Below are positions 47,782 to 58,100 of a stretch of DNA of 64,000 nucleotides, piece by piece (within the stretch, counting starts at the first letter, position 1; every line of letters begins with the position of its first letter). Under the pieces are notes generated by a model. It saw nothing but the letters and a program-made list of their open reading frames with translations, was not told the DNA's origin and ran no database searches. The translations under genes were made by a program, and so were the position numbers. The DNA comes from Patescibacteria group bacterium (lineage in GTDB: Bacteria > Patescibacteriota > Microgenomatia > UBA12405). The DNA lies in contig JAHIPV010000001.1 of NCBI GenBank assembly GCA_018902845.1, forward strand, positions 12,124-76,123. The letters are read 5' to 3'.

Positions 47782-47887
47782 GTCATTCCGACCAAAGTGG
47801 AGGAATCTCTGAACTTGTTTCAGAAATCCTGCTACCGCAGAATACCTCAGACAAGCTGAGAGATCTCTCGGCTTTGCTCGAGATGAC
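47782..47887. repeat. Convergent intergenic pair of GTCAT-family elements
   Basis: GTCATTCCGACCAAAGTGGAGGAATCT ... AGATCTCTCGGCTTTGCTCGAGATGAC. Confidence 0.78.
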
Positions 47888-47890
47888 ATT

Positions 47891-49423
47891 TTAATCATCT
47901 AATCGATACATTTCGATAACCCTGTTAATTCCGTTTTGTAAATCTGGCATTATTCCCTGAACAGAAGCATTACTAACTACTATTTTATTAACTGCATCTT
48001 TAAAATACTTATTCATTTGGTCATTTAAGCCATTGTCCCACGTATAAGAAGACAGATAACCGGATTCTGACCAATCAGCCACTGCCACAAAAGGAGCTAT
48101 TTTTTCATTTTCACTCATTGAAGACATCATACTTTTTCGCGGACTAATTTCGCCAAAACTTCTGATTTGAGTTGCTGTCAAAAACATTTTTTCCATCCCT
48201 TCTTTTGAGGCCAAAAAAGATAAAAATTCAAAAGCCTCTTTCTGTTTTAAGCTTTTTTTGTTTACTCCTTCCACCCAATAAGTTGCCCAATTTATTTTTG
48301 TCAAATTAGCTTCAATCTCCCCATCTTCAATTTGTTTGGGATCCAACCCTTCTAGTGTGGGCATTTGTGGAACAACGCCAATGCCAAAATTTAAATTAGG
48401 ATTAAGCATTTCAATATCAAAGACTCTCCACGATGGTGCAAAACAAAGGGCCAGTTTGCCATTAGCAAAATATACGATAGAAGGAGGCAAGGTTTCGTCC
48501 CATGTTTCATATTTTGTTCTAAAAAGAGTATAAAAAGTTAATATATCCTCTATTTTTTTTAAATTATCAGAACTCCCGTCTGTTAAGTTGACGCCATTTT
48601 GCATCATCATCAAACCCAGTATGTCACTCCAATGATCAATATTTTCCGCCAAACCCATTGCCACACCTGCTACTTTAATTTTGTTGTCTATTCCTCTGAC
48701 AGTTAAGTCTTTTGCTAAATCACTCAATCCCCACCAGGTTTTTGGTAATCTTTTTCCGGCTGAATCCAAAATATCCTTGTTATAAAAAAGAGAAAGCCCG
48801 TCATACATCAAAGGAATAGCCAGATAAGAGCCATCTACCTTCAAATCTTTTTTATAAACATCATAAAAATCTTCATCCAATTGCAAACTCGTACTAATTT
48901 CTTTTGGAACCCTTGCTAAATTTTCTTCAAGCATTGGTATCCAGCTGGAATGAATTCTAAAAATATCAGGAACATCAGTTCCTTCCTCTCCTTTTTCTAG
49001 CTTGGCCTGAAGTCGACTTCGATAATCATCCTTCTGATGTTTTCTATATTCTATTTTTATTCCGGGGTTTTTACTCTCAAAATCCATTATCAAACCTTCT
49101 ATAACAGTTGGTTCTTCCCACAAACCCCAATAATTCACTACCACCTTCTCACTATTCGCATCTTTCTTTCTCAATCTGGGTAAAATTACCTTAAAAATTA
49201 ACAAAAACAATAAAAATACAACTACAATTATTCCGATTATTTTTAATAAATTACCACTCACCTTTTTTGATTCAGTCGGTCTGGATACCAAGTTACCGGA
49301 AACATTATCTGTTGCGCTGTCTTTTTGGTCTACCCGTGATATTACCGGTTCTGCCCTCCCTTTAAATTCTCTTGCCGGCAATGGAGATTTAATATTGTCT
49401 AAGTTTGAATCTTCTTCACCCAT
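47891..49423 (-). CDS. Extracellular sugar solute-binding protein (family 1), membrane-anchored
   Basis: YWGLWE, PDIF, AIP..DGL.LFYNKD; start MGEED. Confidence 0.85.
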   Translation of the reverse strand: MGEEDSNLDNIKSPLPAREFKGRAEPVISRVDQKDSATDNVSGNLVSRPTESKKVSGNLLKIIGIIVVVFLLFLLIFKVILPRLRKKDANSEKVVVNYWGLWEEPTVIEGLIMDFESKNPGIKIEYRKHQKDDYRSRLQAKLEKGEEGTDVPDIFRIHSSWIPMLEENLARVPKEISTSLQLDEDFYDVYKKDLKVDGSYLAIPLMYDGLSLFYNKDILDSAGKRLPKTWWGLSDLAKDLTVRGIDNKIKVAGVAMGLAENIDHWSDILGLMMMQNGVNLTDGSSDNLKKIEDILTFYTLFRTKYETWDETLPPSIVYFANGKLALCFAPSWRVFDIEMLNPNLNFGIGVVPQMPTLEGLDPKQIEDGEIEANLTKINWATYWVEGVNKKSLKQKEAFEFLSFLASKEGMEKMFLTATQIRSFGEISPRKSMMSSMSENEKIAPFVAVADWSESGYLSSYTWDNGLNDQMNKYFKDAVNKIVVSNASVQGIMPDLQNGINRVIEMYRLDD

Positions 49424-49490
49424 ATCTCTATCATACCTTAAATTTTCAAATATTCGCCATAAAATAACTTTTTTTTGATAATATAAAGTC

Positions 49491-49904
49491 ATGAAACTAT
49501 CTATCTACACCGACGGTGGAGCCAGAGGCAATCCGGGCCCTGCCGGTTGTGGTTTTGTTTGTATTGACGAAAACGGCCTTCAAATCCATCAGTATTCTGA
49601 ATTTTTAGGAACAAAAACAAACAACGAAGCCGAATATATTGGTCTTATAACCGCTCTTAAATGGTTAATAAACAACCAAACCATCCACAAAATTACAAAA
49701 ACCACAATATTTATGGACTCCCAATTGATTGTTCGTCAAATGCAGGGTAAGTACAAAGTTAAAGCTCCCAATCTCAAAATCTATTATCAACAAGCCATAA
49801 CTCTTCTGTCGAAAGTTGTATCACCGTTAAATTTTCAGGATATAACACGGGACAAAAATAACACAGCCGATGCCTTGGCCAACCAAGCCATGGATAGGGG
49901 TTAA
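49491..49904 (+). CDS. rnhA: Ribonuclease HI family protein
   Basis: YTDGGARGNPGPAG, TNNEAEY, DSQL, N..ADALAN. Confidence 0.9.
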   Translation: MKLSIYTDGGARGNPGPAGCGFVCIDENGLQIHQYSEFLGTKTNNEAEYIGLITALKWLINNQTIHKITKTTIFMDSQLIVRQMQGKYKVKAPNLKIYYQQAITLLSKVVSPLNFQDITRDKNNTADALANQAMDRG

Positions 49905-49918
49905 GGCTTAATCTAATC

Positions 49919-51634
49919 ATGAAAAACAAATCACTTTTTTTAATTAGCATTTTACTTTCGCTTGCAATACTTTCTCCTCCGGTCTTTTTTTTTGGCAAAA
50001 TCTATTTTTCTCCCCAAACCCTACCCAAAACCTTTTTAGTAACCAGGGATTTTTCTAATTTAACCGTTCGGCAAGCCTCAGAAAAATTCGATTCCGAATT
50101 CAGACTGCCAAGTTCTCTTATCCTTTCTCACCTTCAAGCAGAAACGGAACTAAGACTATCTTCAATTTCTGCTTCTATCAACAAAAAAGAAACTCTAGAG
50201 CAATTATTTCCGCAAAGATTCCAGCCCTTATCTTCTTTTTTCAAAGACAAAAATCACTTACTAAAAATTAAATTTGATCAATCTTTGCTGGATACTTTTA
50301 TTTCCACATTTTCTGCCCAAATAGAAAAACCTTTTATTCCTACCGAAATCAGTTTAAATTCTTACTCAAAATTGGAAAGCAAAAAAGGAAGTCTGGGTTA
50401 TCAGCTAAACGAGGATGGGCTCAAGTCTAATGTCATTCACTATCTTTCATACTTCAAGCCAGACGCCCACATACCCGTTCCTGTTGAAAAAATCGGTTAT
50501 CTTCCTACTGATTTGCAAGTAGAGGATACTCTAAAAAAAGCTCAAAATTTAATCGGCAAGTCTTTGATTCTAAACAATACTGATTATTACATTGATGACA
50601 TAATAATTGATGACAAAACTTTAATTTCCTGGCTTGAATTCAACGGGTCGCTAAAAACCGAATTGCTAACCCTCTACATAGACGGAGTAAACCAAAGCAT
50701 AAAAAAAGACCCGGTCAATGCCATTTTTAGGTTTGAAGAGCAAGTGGTAAAGGAATTCAAACCAGCCAAAAACGGTTTTTTCATTGATCAAGGCAAGTTA
50801 CTCCAATTGATTGAAGAAAATTTTTCAAAAATTTCAAAAGAAAACGACAAAGATCCCGTAAAAATATTTATTCCCCTGCAGATAATCGAGCCGATCGTTC
50901 GAACTCAAGATGTCAATAATTTAGGCATAAAAGAACTTCTTGGCCGTGGTACCTCCACTTTTAACCATTCCAGTCAAATTAGAAACATGAACATAGAAAA
51001 AGGGTCTTCGGTTATCAGTGGTATCCTTGTTCCTTCGGGTGAAACTTTTTCTTTTGTAGAAAGCCTAGGAGAAGTTACTCTGGCCACCGGTTATCAAAAA
51101 GCTTATATAATTAGAGAAGGTAGAACTGAGCTTGATGTTGGAGGTGGAATTTGTCAGGTTTCCACTACTCTTTTTAGAGCCATGCTTGATGCCGGTATGG
51201 ACATTATCGAAAGACAACCTCATGCTTTCCGTGTTTCTTATTACGAAGAAGATTCTCTTCCGGGTTACGATGCAACTGTTTTTATCCCAAAGCCGGATCT
51301 AAGGTTTATAAACGATACCGCTAACCATGTTTTAATCCAAAGCACTTACGATGGTATCAACAAAAAACTAATTTACGAAATATATGGAACTAGTGATGGT
51401 CGCCAAGTAGAGATTGGTAATTACAAAAAATGGGGACACTCAGCCCCACCGCCGACAAAATATATAGACGATTCCACTCTTCCGCCGGGAGAATTAGTTA
51501 GGGAGGAATATGCTGTCGCTGGTCTAAAAACTGCTTTTGACTGGAAAGTTACACGAGGCGATCAGGTTATTCACCAAAAAACTTTTTCATCTTCCTATGT
51601 TCCTTGGCCCGCCGTCTTTAGACGTGGAATCTAA
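49919..51634 (+). CDS. VanW family protein with peptidoglycan-binding repeats
   Basis: GETFSF, GGGICQVSTTLF, DLRF.N. Confidence 0.88.
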   Translation: MKNKSLFLISILLSLAILSPPVFFFGKIYFSPQTLPKTFLVTRDFSNLTVRQASEKFDSEFRLPSSLILSHLQAETELRLSSISASINKKETLEQLFPQRFQPLSSFFKDKNHLLKIKFDQSLLDTFISTFSAQIEKPFIPTEISLNSYSKLESKKGSLGYQLNEDGLKSNVIHYLSYFKPDAHIPVPVEKIGYLPTDLQVEDTLKKAQNLIGKSLILNNTDYYIDDIIIDDKTLISWLEFNGSLKTELLTLYIDGVNQSIKKDPVNAIFRFEEQVVKEFKPAKNGFFIDQGKLLQLIEENFSKISKENDKDPVKIFIPLQIIEPIVRTQDVNNLGIKELLGRGTSTFNHSSQIRNMNIEKGSSVISGILVPSGETFSFVESLGEVTLATGYQKAYIIREGRTELDVGGGICQVSTTLFRAMLDAGMDIIERQPHAFRVSYYEEDSLPGYDATVFIPKPDLRFINDTANHVLIQSTYDGINKKLIYEIYGTSDGRQVEIGNYKKWGHSAPPPTKYIDDSTLPPGELVREEYAVAGLKTAFDWKVTRGDQVIHQKTFSSSYVPWPAVFRRGI

Positions 51635-51636
51635 AA

Positions 51637-52074
51637 TTAAAACGGTTTTATCACTTTTATTTTTCTTTCCAATCCTTCAAAATCTTTTATATTCAAACTA
51701 AAGAGATTTGAAATTCCATTATCATTTAATACAGCTACCAAATAAATATCAAAAACATCCCTTCTTTTGGCTTTCAAAAAAAAGTCATGATAAGTATTTA
51801 AACTGGAAGGAAATGGACAAATTATTTTTATATTGAAACCTTCTAAAATATCTTCAATCGCACTTATAACACTTTTTTTATTTTGTTTATACAAGCTTAT
51901 CAATACTTTTTCTGCTTCTACTACATTTTGCTGAGCAACTACTAGATGGGTTTTTTTCTCATCCATTTTTCTAAAAAACTCAATAGTTTTTCCATAAAAT
52001 GGTGATTTCTTATCCAAAAAATACACCAGAAAATGGGAATCAATTGCCCATTGTTTTTTCCAGTCTATTTTCAT
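51637..52074 (-). CDS. PIN-domain toxin
   Basis: IDSHFLVY, E, FDIYL, N.KDF; start MKIDW. Confidence 0.8.
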   Translation of the reverse strand: MKIDWKKQWAIDSHFLVYFLDKKSPFYGKTIEFFRKMDEKKTHLVVAQQNVVEAEKVLISLYKQNKKSVISAIEDILEGFNIKIICPFPSSLNTYHDFFLKAKRRDVFDIYLVAVLNDNGISNLFSLNIKDFEGLERKIKVIKPF

Positions 52075-52300
52075 ACAATTCAGATCTTTTTTTATAAATT
52101 TTACCAATGCCAATACTAAATTTACCTGCTACCAAAAAAGGATCTTGTAGCTTTTTTTTCTTTTTACTAACTTTTACTTTCTCTTGCAACACACCGCTTA
52201 GGTAACTACTAAAACTTTTTTTGTTGTAAGCAGCCAAAATTCTTGTTTGCATATAAATATCTTCTGGTATTGTTACTGTCGTTCTCATCAAATTACTCAT
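52040..52300 (-). CDS. Ribbon-helix-helix antitoxin
   Basis: MRTTVTIPED..; overlaps the PIN gene. Confidence 0.75.
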   Translation of the reverse strand: MSNLMRTTVTIPEDIYMQTRILAAYNKKSFSSYLSGVLQEKVKVSKKKKKLQDPFLVAGKFSIGIGKIYKKRSELYENRLEKTMGN

Positions 52301-52320
52301 ACTATATGATAATCATACTA

Positions 52321-53472
52321 TCATACTTTGTCAAGAACCAACTCCAATCTTGCCTCTCTTTCCAATTTATCAATATTTTTCACAAATTCACCTTTTTTGG
52401 CTTTACAATATCCTGCAATTCCAACCATGGCCGCATTATCGGTATTTAATTCTTTTTTAAACGGCATAAAAATCTGTAAATCATTTTTTCTTGCTAATTT
52501 TCTCAAATCCTTTCTTAATCTCAAATTCGCCATCACTCCACCCGCCCCCATCAAGCTTTTCGGCTTAGTCATATCAATAGCCCTTTGAAGTTTTATTAGC
52601 AAACAATCAAAAACCGCCCTCTGATAACTTGACGCCAAATCATAAATTTTTTCTGCCACTCTCTCTTCTTTCCACTTTCTGATTTTGTAATAAAAACTGG
52701 TTTTTAATCCGGAAAATGAAAAATTGCAATTTTTGAATTTGCTCATTGGTCTTGGTAAATCCAAAAAATTTTCATCTCCATCTTCAGCTAACTTTTCTAT
52801 TATTGGTCCTCCCGGATATCCTAACCCCAACATTTTTGCCGCCTTATCCAAAGCCTCTCCGGCCGCATCATCTAGCGTTTCTCCAATAATTTCATATTTT
52901 CCAATCCCTTTCATCAAAACAAGTTTTGTATGTCCGCCAGAAACTGTTAATACCAAGGAGGGGAATTTTATTTTTCTTTCTGGTTTTCCTCTACTGTTTT
53001 TCAAAAAATTAGACAAAATATGTCCTTCGACATGGTTAACGGCTACTATTTTTTTACCGTATTTTTTAGCTAATTCTTTTGCTACCTCAATTCCCACCCC
53101 CAAAGCAATAGCCAGCCCCGGTCCTTGTGTCACTGCCACCACATCAATTTTTTCCATTCTCTCGTCAATTATTTTTCTTATTTTTTCATTTGCTTGCCCG
53201 CCGTAGCCTTTGGCGAAGGAGGGTAAATTAGAATTTGTTTGTAATTTGAGATTTGGTGCTTGTGATTTACAGGATATGGCCAGTTTTAAGGCTTGTCCTA
53301 AAACTGGCCATATCCTGTCCCTGTGCGCTCTTTTGGCAATATCCGGCACCACTCCTCCCCATTTTTTGTACAAATCTACTTGTGATGAAATCACATTAGA
53401 CAAAATTCTGTCATTTTCCAAGACTGCCACACAAGTATCATCGCAACTGGTTTCAATGGCCAATATTCTCAT
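52321..53472 (-). CDS. tsaD: tRNA threonylcarbamoyltransferase TsaD
   Basis: ETSCDD, GPG, HVEGH, SGGHT, DDAAGE, DNAAM. Confidence 0.95.
   Translation of the reverse strand: MRILAIETSCDDTCVAVLENDRILSNVISSQVDLYKKWGGVVPDIAKRAHRDRIWPVLGQALKLAISCKSQAPNLKLQTNSNLPSFAKGYGGQANEKIRKIIDERMEKIDVVAVTQGPGLAIALGVGIEVAKELAKKYGKKIVAVNHVEGHILSNFLKNSRGKPERKIKFPSLVLTVSGGHTKLVLMKGIGKYEIIGETLDDAAGEALDKAAKMLGLGYPGGPIIEKLAEDGDENFLDLPRPMSKFKNCNFSFSGLKTSFYYKIRKWKEERVAEKIYDLASSYQRAVFDCLLIKLQRAIDMTKPKSLMGAGGVMANLRLRKDLRKLARKNDLQIFMPFKKELNTDNAAMVGIAGYCKAKKGEFVKNIDKLEREARLELVLDKV
53192..53270. repeat. Palindrome + heptamer tract in-frame in tsaD
   Basis: GCCCGCCGTAGCCTTTGGCGAAGGAGGG then ATTTGAG ATTTGGT GCTTGTG ATTT; peptide KSQAPNLKLQTNSNLPSFAKGYGGQA. 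Confidence 0.8.
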
Positions 53473-53509
53473 GTTGGAAATTATACTACTTATGGTTTAT
53501 TATTAATCT

Positions 53510-54082
53510 ATGCCTGTTCAAAAAAACAAACAATCTTTTTTCTTTCTTTTTCTAATTGCCCTTTTTTTTATTCTTTCTTCTATTTATGTCTATTCCTATC
53601 TTTCTTCAAAAATATCAAAAGAAATGGTTGTTGATAACAGTTCAAGTTTTTATATCCCAACTGTCACCAACATTCCGGAGCCATCCATCTTTCCGTCTAT
53701 TACGCCAGCCGGTATAACCGGACCATATCTAAAAACTTTTTATTCAGATATTGACAATTTTGAAATCACATATTTTTCTACTCGCCAATTATATGAAGAC
53801 AAAGATGGCACCTCTAACCGCTATGTTTTTGCCAAAACCGGAGGTACAAACTTTGTAGTTCATGTTGGTGAAAGTTGGTCATGGATTCATCCGGACAGGC
53901 AATTTACCAATGATTTAAAAATTGCCGGCTTTGACACTTTCAGATACGATACAACTTCTCAGACAATTTTTGATTTACAAAAAGACGATACAAAATATAC
54001 TCTTCAATGCATTCACAATGGTATTGAGTCTCTCAAATCCGAATGCCTCGATTTTGTCCAAAGCTTCAAGCTAACAAACTAA
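53510..54082 (+). CDS. Hypothetical membrane-anchored protein
   Basis: N-terminal TM helix, Pro/Thr linker, C-terminal Cys pair. Confidence 0.65.
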   Translation: MPVQKNKQSFFFLFLIALFFILSSIYVYSYLSSKISKEMVVDNSSSFYIPTVTNIPEPSIFPSITPAGITGPYLKTFYSDIDNFEITYFSTRQLYEDKDGTSNRYVFAKTGGTNFVVHVGESWSWIHPDRQFTNDLKIAGFDTFRYDTTSQTIFDLQKDDTKYTLQCIHNGIESLKSECLDFVQSFKLTN

Positions 54083-55301
54083 ACCCAATCTCTCTTTTTC
54101 TTTTTCCTTTATACTCAAACTCAACTTTCACAATTCTTGCTTTTTTCTTTAATTTTCTAAAATTTTTATCTCCCATATTCTCCGGCCATTCAACACAGGC
54201 AATCACGCCGGTTTTAAATAAATCCAAAAATCCAATCTCATCAAACTCAAATTCCTTACTTAATCTATACAAATCCATATGCAAAAATCTTTTATAGTTT
54301 TGCTTGTCCTCCATAGCTTTAGCGAAGGAGGAAATTTTAATATTTGAATTTTGAAGTTGTTTTGAATTTGAGATTTTAGATTTTAGATTTAATTTGTATT
54401 CATTACAAATAGTAAAAGTAGGGGACACAATCCTTTTTTTTATCCCCAAAATTTTTCCAATCGCTCTGCTAAAAACTGTTTTTCCTGCTCCTAGCTCTCC
54501 ACTCAAACAAAACACAACCAGCCGACTGTCATTCCGACCGAATCCGCCAGCTGGCAAAAAAGGATCACCCTGAGCCCCCCCAGCGTCATCCTGAGCGTAG
54601 CGAAGGATCCCCCCGGACAACATCTTCTTAAAAATAAACCTCGCAATTCTCCCTGTTTCTTTTTCTGAATTCGATATAAATTTTTTGGCCGAGCCAATTA
54701 CCATGTCTCCTTTTCTCAAAACTTTCACTTCCGCTTCGGTTGCATCAATCACCGTTGACGGTTTATTCCTTGGTAATCTTCCTGCATCCGCTACTAGATC
54801 AACCATATTTTTTTTCTTTTTTGACAAAATATTCAAAAACGATTTAACCGAATAATGCGGTGATCTCCCCGAAAGATTAGCCGATGTTGCCGTAATTGGT
54901 TTTTTTAAAATATTTACTAAATCCAAAATATATTTACTCTCGGGGATTCTTATTCCCAAAGTCCCATCTTCCGCCTCTATTCCCTTTGCAACTTTTCGTT
55001 TTCCTTTATTCACCACCGTAAAAGGCCCGGGTAATAAATTCTTATAAATTCTTTTAGCCATTTCTGATAAATCCACATATTCTTCGGCCATTTTTTGGCT
55101 AGTTACTGCTATCGAAATTGCCTTTCCTGTCCATCTATTCTTAAAAGCCAGTAATTTATCTACGGCTTTTTGGTTACAAGCATCCACGGCCAAAATATAA
55201 ACAGTATCCGAAGGAAACAGCACCAATCCTCCGTTTTTTATCACTCTAATCGTTTCTTTCAAAACACTTTTATGGTTTTTTGCTATATCCAAAATTTTCA
55301 C
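54066..55301 (-). CDS. TsaC (Sua5/YrdC) - TsaE fusion
   Basis: N-half PSDTVY, LPGPFT, TSANLSG; C-half GELGAGKT, SPTF, HMDLYRL, EW. Confidence 0.88.
   Translation of the reverse strand: MKILDIAKNHKSVLKETIRVIKNGGLVLFPSDTVYILAVDACNQKAVDKLLAFKNRWTGKAISIAVTSQKMAEEYVDLSEMAKRIYKNLLPGPFTVVNKGKRKVAKGIEAEDGTLGIRIPESKYILDLVNILKKPITATSANLSGRSPHYSVKSFLNILSKKKKNMVDLVADAGRLPRNKPSTVIDATEAEVKVLRKGDMVIGSAKKFISNSEKETGRIARFIFKKMLSGGILRYAQDDAGGAQGDPFLPAGGFGRNDSRLVVFCLSGELGAGKTVFSRAIGKILGIKKRIVSPTFTICNEYKLNLKSKISNSKQLQNSNIKISSFAKAMEDKQNYKRFLHMDLYRLSKEFEFDEIGFLDLFKTGVIACVEWPENMGDKNFRKLKKKARIVKVEFEYKGKRKREIGFSLLA
54302..54395. repeat. Palindrome + heptamer tract in-frame in the TsaE domain
   Basis: GTCCTCCATAGCTTTAGCGAAGGAGG then ATTTGAG ATTTTAG ATTTTAG. 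Confidence 0.8.
54528..54611. repeat. GTCAT-family elements in-frame in the TsaE domain
   Basis: GTCATTCCGACCG..CCGCCAGCTGGC and GTCATCCTGAGCGTAGCGAAGGATCCC; peptide ILRYAQDD..GGFGRND. Confidence 0.8.
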
Positions 55302-55350
55302 AAAAGAATTTTACCATTTATCCCCGCTTTTCCATGCTAAAATAAAGGCT

Positions 55351-57645
55351 ATGGACAAGCGATACGATCCCGGTTCCGAACAAAAAATTTACCGGCTTTG
55401 GGAAAAATCGGGCGCATTCACTCCCACGGTACCAAAAAACAAGGCAAGGCAAAGCCCTCCTTTTACCATAATCCTTCCCTTACCAAACGCCAGCGATCCA
55501 ATGCACATGGGTCATGCTATGTTTGTTATCCAAGATATACTTTGTCGTTGGCATCGCATGATGGGTGAGCCGGTTTTGTGGCTTCCGGGTGCAGACCATG
55601 CCGGTATCGAAACCCAATATATTTTTGAAAAAAGATTATCGGAAACAGGCAAATCCAGATTCGATTATGATAGAAAAACTCTTTATAAGCTGATTTGGGA
55701 TTATGTTGAAGAAAACCGAAAAATTAATCAGTTTCAGTTAAAGGAACTTGGTTTTTCTTTGGACTGGACTCGTTATCATTACAGTTTAGAACCAAACATT
55801 GTCAATCAAGTCTTAAAAACTTTTAGGAAACTTTACCAAGACGACTTGCTTTATAGGGCCGAAAGAATCGTTAATTATTGCACTCATTGCGGTACTGCTT
55901 TTTCCGATTTGGAAATTGACCACGTCGAAAGAGATGATTTTCTCTATTATCTTGATTACGGTCCTATAAAAATTGCCACCACTAGGCCCGAGACTATTTT
56001 TGTCGACGTAGCGGTGGCTGTCAATCCAAAAGACAAAAGATACAAAAACTTGATTGGCAAAAAAGCTATCATTCCCCTGATAAACAAAGAAATTCCCATT
56101 ATAGCCGATGATCTGGTTGAGATTGATTTTGGCACCGGTGCCCTAAAAATTACTCCGGCTCATGACTCTACCGATTTTGAAATCGGTCAAAAACACCAGC
56201 TACCAACTATTTCCTGCATAAAACTTTCGGGAAAGATGGTAAACACTATTCCTGAAATTGACGAACTCTATCCCTCCCAAGCCCGAAAAAAAACAATCGA
56301 AATGCTGGAAAAACAAGCCAAGCTAGTCAAAACCGAACCCTTGCATCACACCATTGGTATTTGTTATCGCTGTAAAAACGTTATAGAATCTTTACCGGTT
56401 CCTCAATGGTATGTAAAAACAAAACCCTTAGCCAAGCCGGCCATAGAGTCAGTCAAAAAGGGAGAAACCAAAATTTTTCCGCCAAGATTCAAAAAAACTT
56501 ATCTCGATTGGATGGAAAACATCCGAGATTGGAACATTAGCCGTCAAATTGTTTGGGGTCCACAAATTCCGGCCTATTATTGTCTTGATTGTAATCCGAC
56601 TATCCAGATCAATTTCATCGACAAAAAAGGAAAAATTATTTCCGGTTTATATCAGGATCTAAAAAATAAATATCAATTCCAGCAAATCAAAAAAGGCCTA
56701 CAAACCCTAAATGCTCCTATTACGGCGGATTATTTCTTAAAAAATTCAAAAAACATTTGTCCCAAATGCAAGGTTAGTCACGTTTTGCAAGAAACCGACA
56801 CCTTTGACACTTGGTTTTTATCCGGACAATGGCCCCTAACTACCTTAGGATTCAACGTCGACAATCCGGCCAACAGCTCGCCAGATTTTGACTATTTTTA
56901 CCCCACCAGTGTTTTAGACACTCTTTGGGATATTTTATTTTTTTGGGTTGGCAGAATGATGATTTTTGGTTTTTATTTAGCAAAAAAAACACCTTTCAAA
57001 ACCGTTCACCTGCACGCCAAAGTAACAGATGAAAAAGGTCAAAAAATGAGCAAGTCAAAAGGCAATGTTATTAATCCCAGTAGTACGGTTCAAAAATACG
57101 GCGCCGATGCTTTGCGTTTGGCCTTAGTTTATGGCACGGCTCCAGCTAGCAATATCTCTCTTTCAGACAAAAAAATCGAAGCTATGAGGAATTTTACTAA
57201 CAAAATTTGGAATGCTTCCCGTTTTGTCAAAATCATTATCAACCGCTTCAAAGAGCAAAACCCAAACTTAGAAATCAATCTGTCATTGCGAGGACTCCGA
57301 CTTCACGTCGGAGGACGTGGCAATCCCGATGATGATGAAATCCTGTCTAATCTAAACCAAATCATCAAATCAACTACTGCCAATCTAGAAAAATACCGTT
57401 TTGGTCAAGCCTCAGAAGACTTATATCAATTTTTTTGGCATCAATTTTGTGATGTTTACATAGAAAAAATCAAAGACAGAAAAGAAGATGTAATTCCAGT
57501 TTTGATGCATGTCCTAATAACCAGTCTCAAACTTCTTCATCCCTTTATTCCTTTTGTCACCGAAACTATTTATCAGGATTTCAAACAAGAATTTAGTTTA
57601 AAAAAGGATTTATTAATCACTTCTCTGTGGCCAAAAGCAAAATGA
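55351..57645 (+). CDS. valS: Valyl-tRNA synthetase (no C-terminal coiled coil)
   Basis: HMGH, DHAGI, TTRPET, DWNISRQ, KMSKS. Confidence 0.95.
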   Translation: MDKRYDPGSEQKIYRLWEKSGAFTPTVPKNKARQSPPFTIILPLPNASDPMHMGHAMFVIQDILCRWHRMMGEPVLWLPGADHAGIETQYIFEKRLSETGKSRFDYDRKTLYKLIWDYVEENRKINQFQLKELGFSLDWTRYHYSLEPNIVNQVLKTFRKLYQDDLLYRAERIVNYCTHCGTAFSDLEIDHVERDDFLYYLDYGPIKIATTRPETIFVDVAVAVNPKDKRYKNLIGKKAIIPLINKEIPIIADDLVEIDFGTGALKITPAHDSTDFEIGQKHQLPTISCIKLSGKMVNTIPEIDELYPSQARKKTIEMLEKQAKLVKTEPLHHTIGICYRCKNVIESLPVPQWYVKTKPLAKPAIESVKKGETKIFPPRFKKTYLDWMENIRDWNISRQIVWGPQIPAYYCLDCNPTIQINFIDKKGKIISGLYQDLKNKYQFQQIKKGLQTLNAPITADYFLKNSKNICPKCKVSHVLQETDTFDTWFLSGQWPLTTLGFNVDNPANSSPDFDYFYPTSVLDTLWDILFFWVGRMMIFGFYLAKKTPFKTVHLHAKVTDEKGQKMSKSKGNVINPSSTVQKYGADALRLALVYGTAPASNISLSDKKIEAMRNFTNKIWNASRFVKIIINRFKEQNPNLEINLSLRGLRLHVGGRGNPDDDEILSNLNQIIKSTTANLEKYRFGQASEDLYQFFWHQFCDVYIEKIKDRKEDVIPVLMHVLITSLKLLHPFIPFVTETIYQDFKQEFSLKKDLLITSLWPKAK
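57282..57327 (+). repeat. GTCAT-family element in-frame in valS
   Basis: GTCATTGCGAGGA-CTCCGAC-TTCAC-GTCGGAG-GACGTGGCAATCCC = SLRGLRLHVGGRGNP. Confidence 0.82.
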
Positions 57646-58100
57646 AATTTAAGTATTTTTTTTCAAAAAACACACCGCAAATAACCATACTGTTAATCAT
57701 CGGCGCATTTGTTGTTGTTTTGCTTCAAAATCAGCTTTTTAAAATCAATATCAAACTTTTTTCTCTTTCATCTGGAGACAGATACGTAAACAAGCTTGCC
57801 CTGTGGCGCTATTACGCCAGTAACGATCTTTGGGATCAAGCCCTTAACCTTGAATCTGCCATTGACCCTATTGATATAGTCAATCAAAAAAACAGCAACT
57901 ATCCGCCCATAATCAAACAAGAAATTAACAAGCTCATTTTCAAAAACGATAAGTCCGTCGATGATTTCATCGAAATAGCCAAGTTTTATTCCAAGTTAAA
58001 TCGTCCCGATGAAACAAAATACTATCTTCTAGAAGCAAAAAAAAACGACCCGATTAGAGATGATATTCAATCTCTCTTAAACAGTCTTAACTCAAATTAG
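57642..58100 (+). CDS. Hypothetical membrane-anchored TPR-like protein
   Basis: TM helix then A..Y..L..A..DP helix pair; ATGA coupling to valS. Confidence 0.65.
   Translation: MKFKYFFSKNTPQITILLIIGAFVVVLLQNQLFKINIKLFSLSSGDRYVNKLALWRYYASNDLWDQALNLESAIDPIDIVNQKNSNYPPIIKQEINKLIFKNDKSVDDFIEIAKFYSKLNRPDETKYYLLEAKKNDPIRDDIQSLLNSLNSN

Noticed and set aside
49919-51634. Vancomycin resistance locus
   Set aside because: VanW domain alone, without vanA/B, vanH, vanX or vanRS
52724-53206. Long antisense ORFs such as 52724..53206, 62609..62989, 22525..22890
   Set aside because: Shadow frames of well-supported genes on the opposite strand, with no motifs
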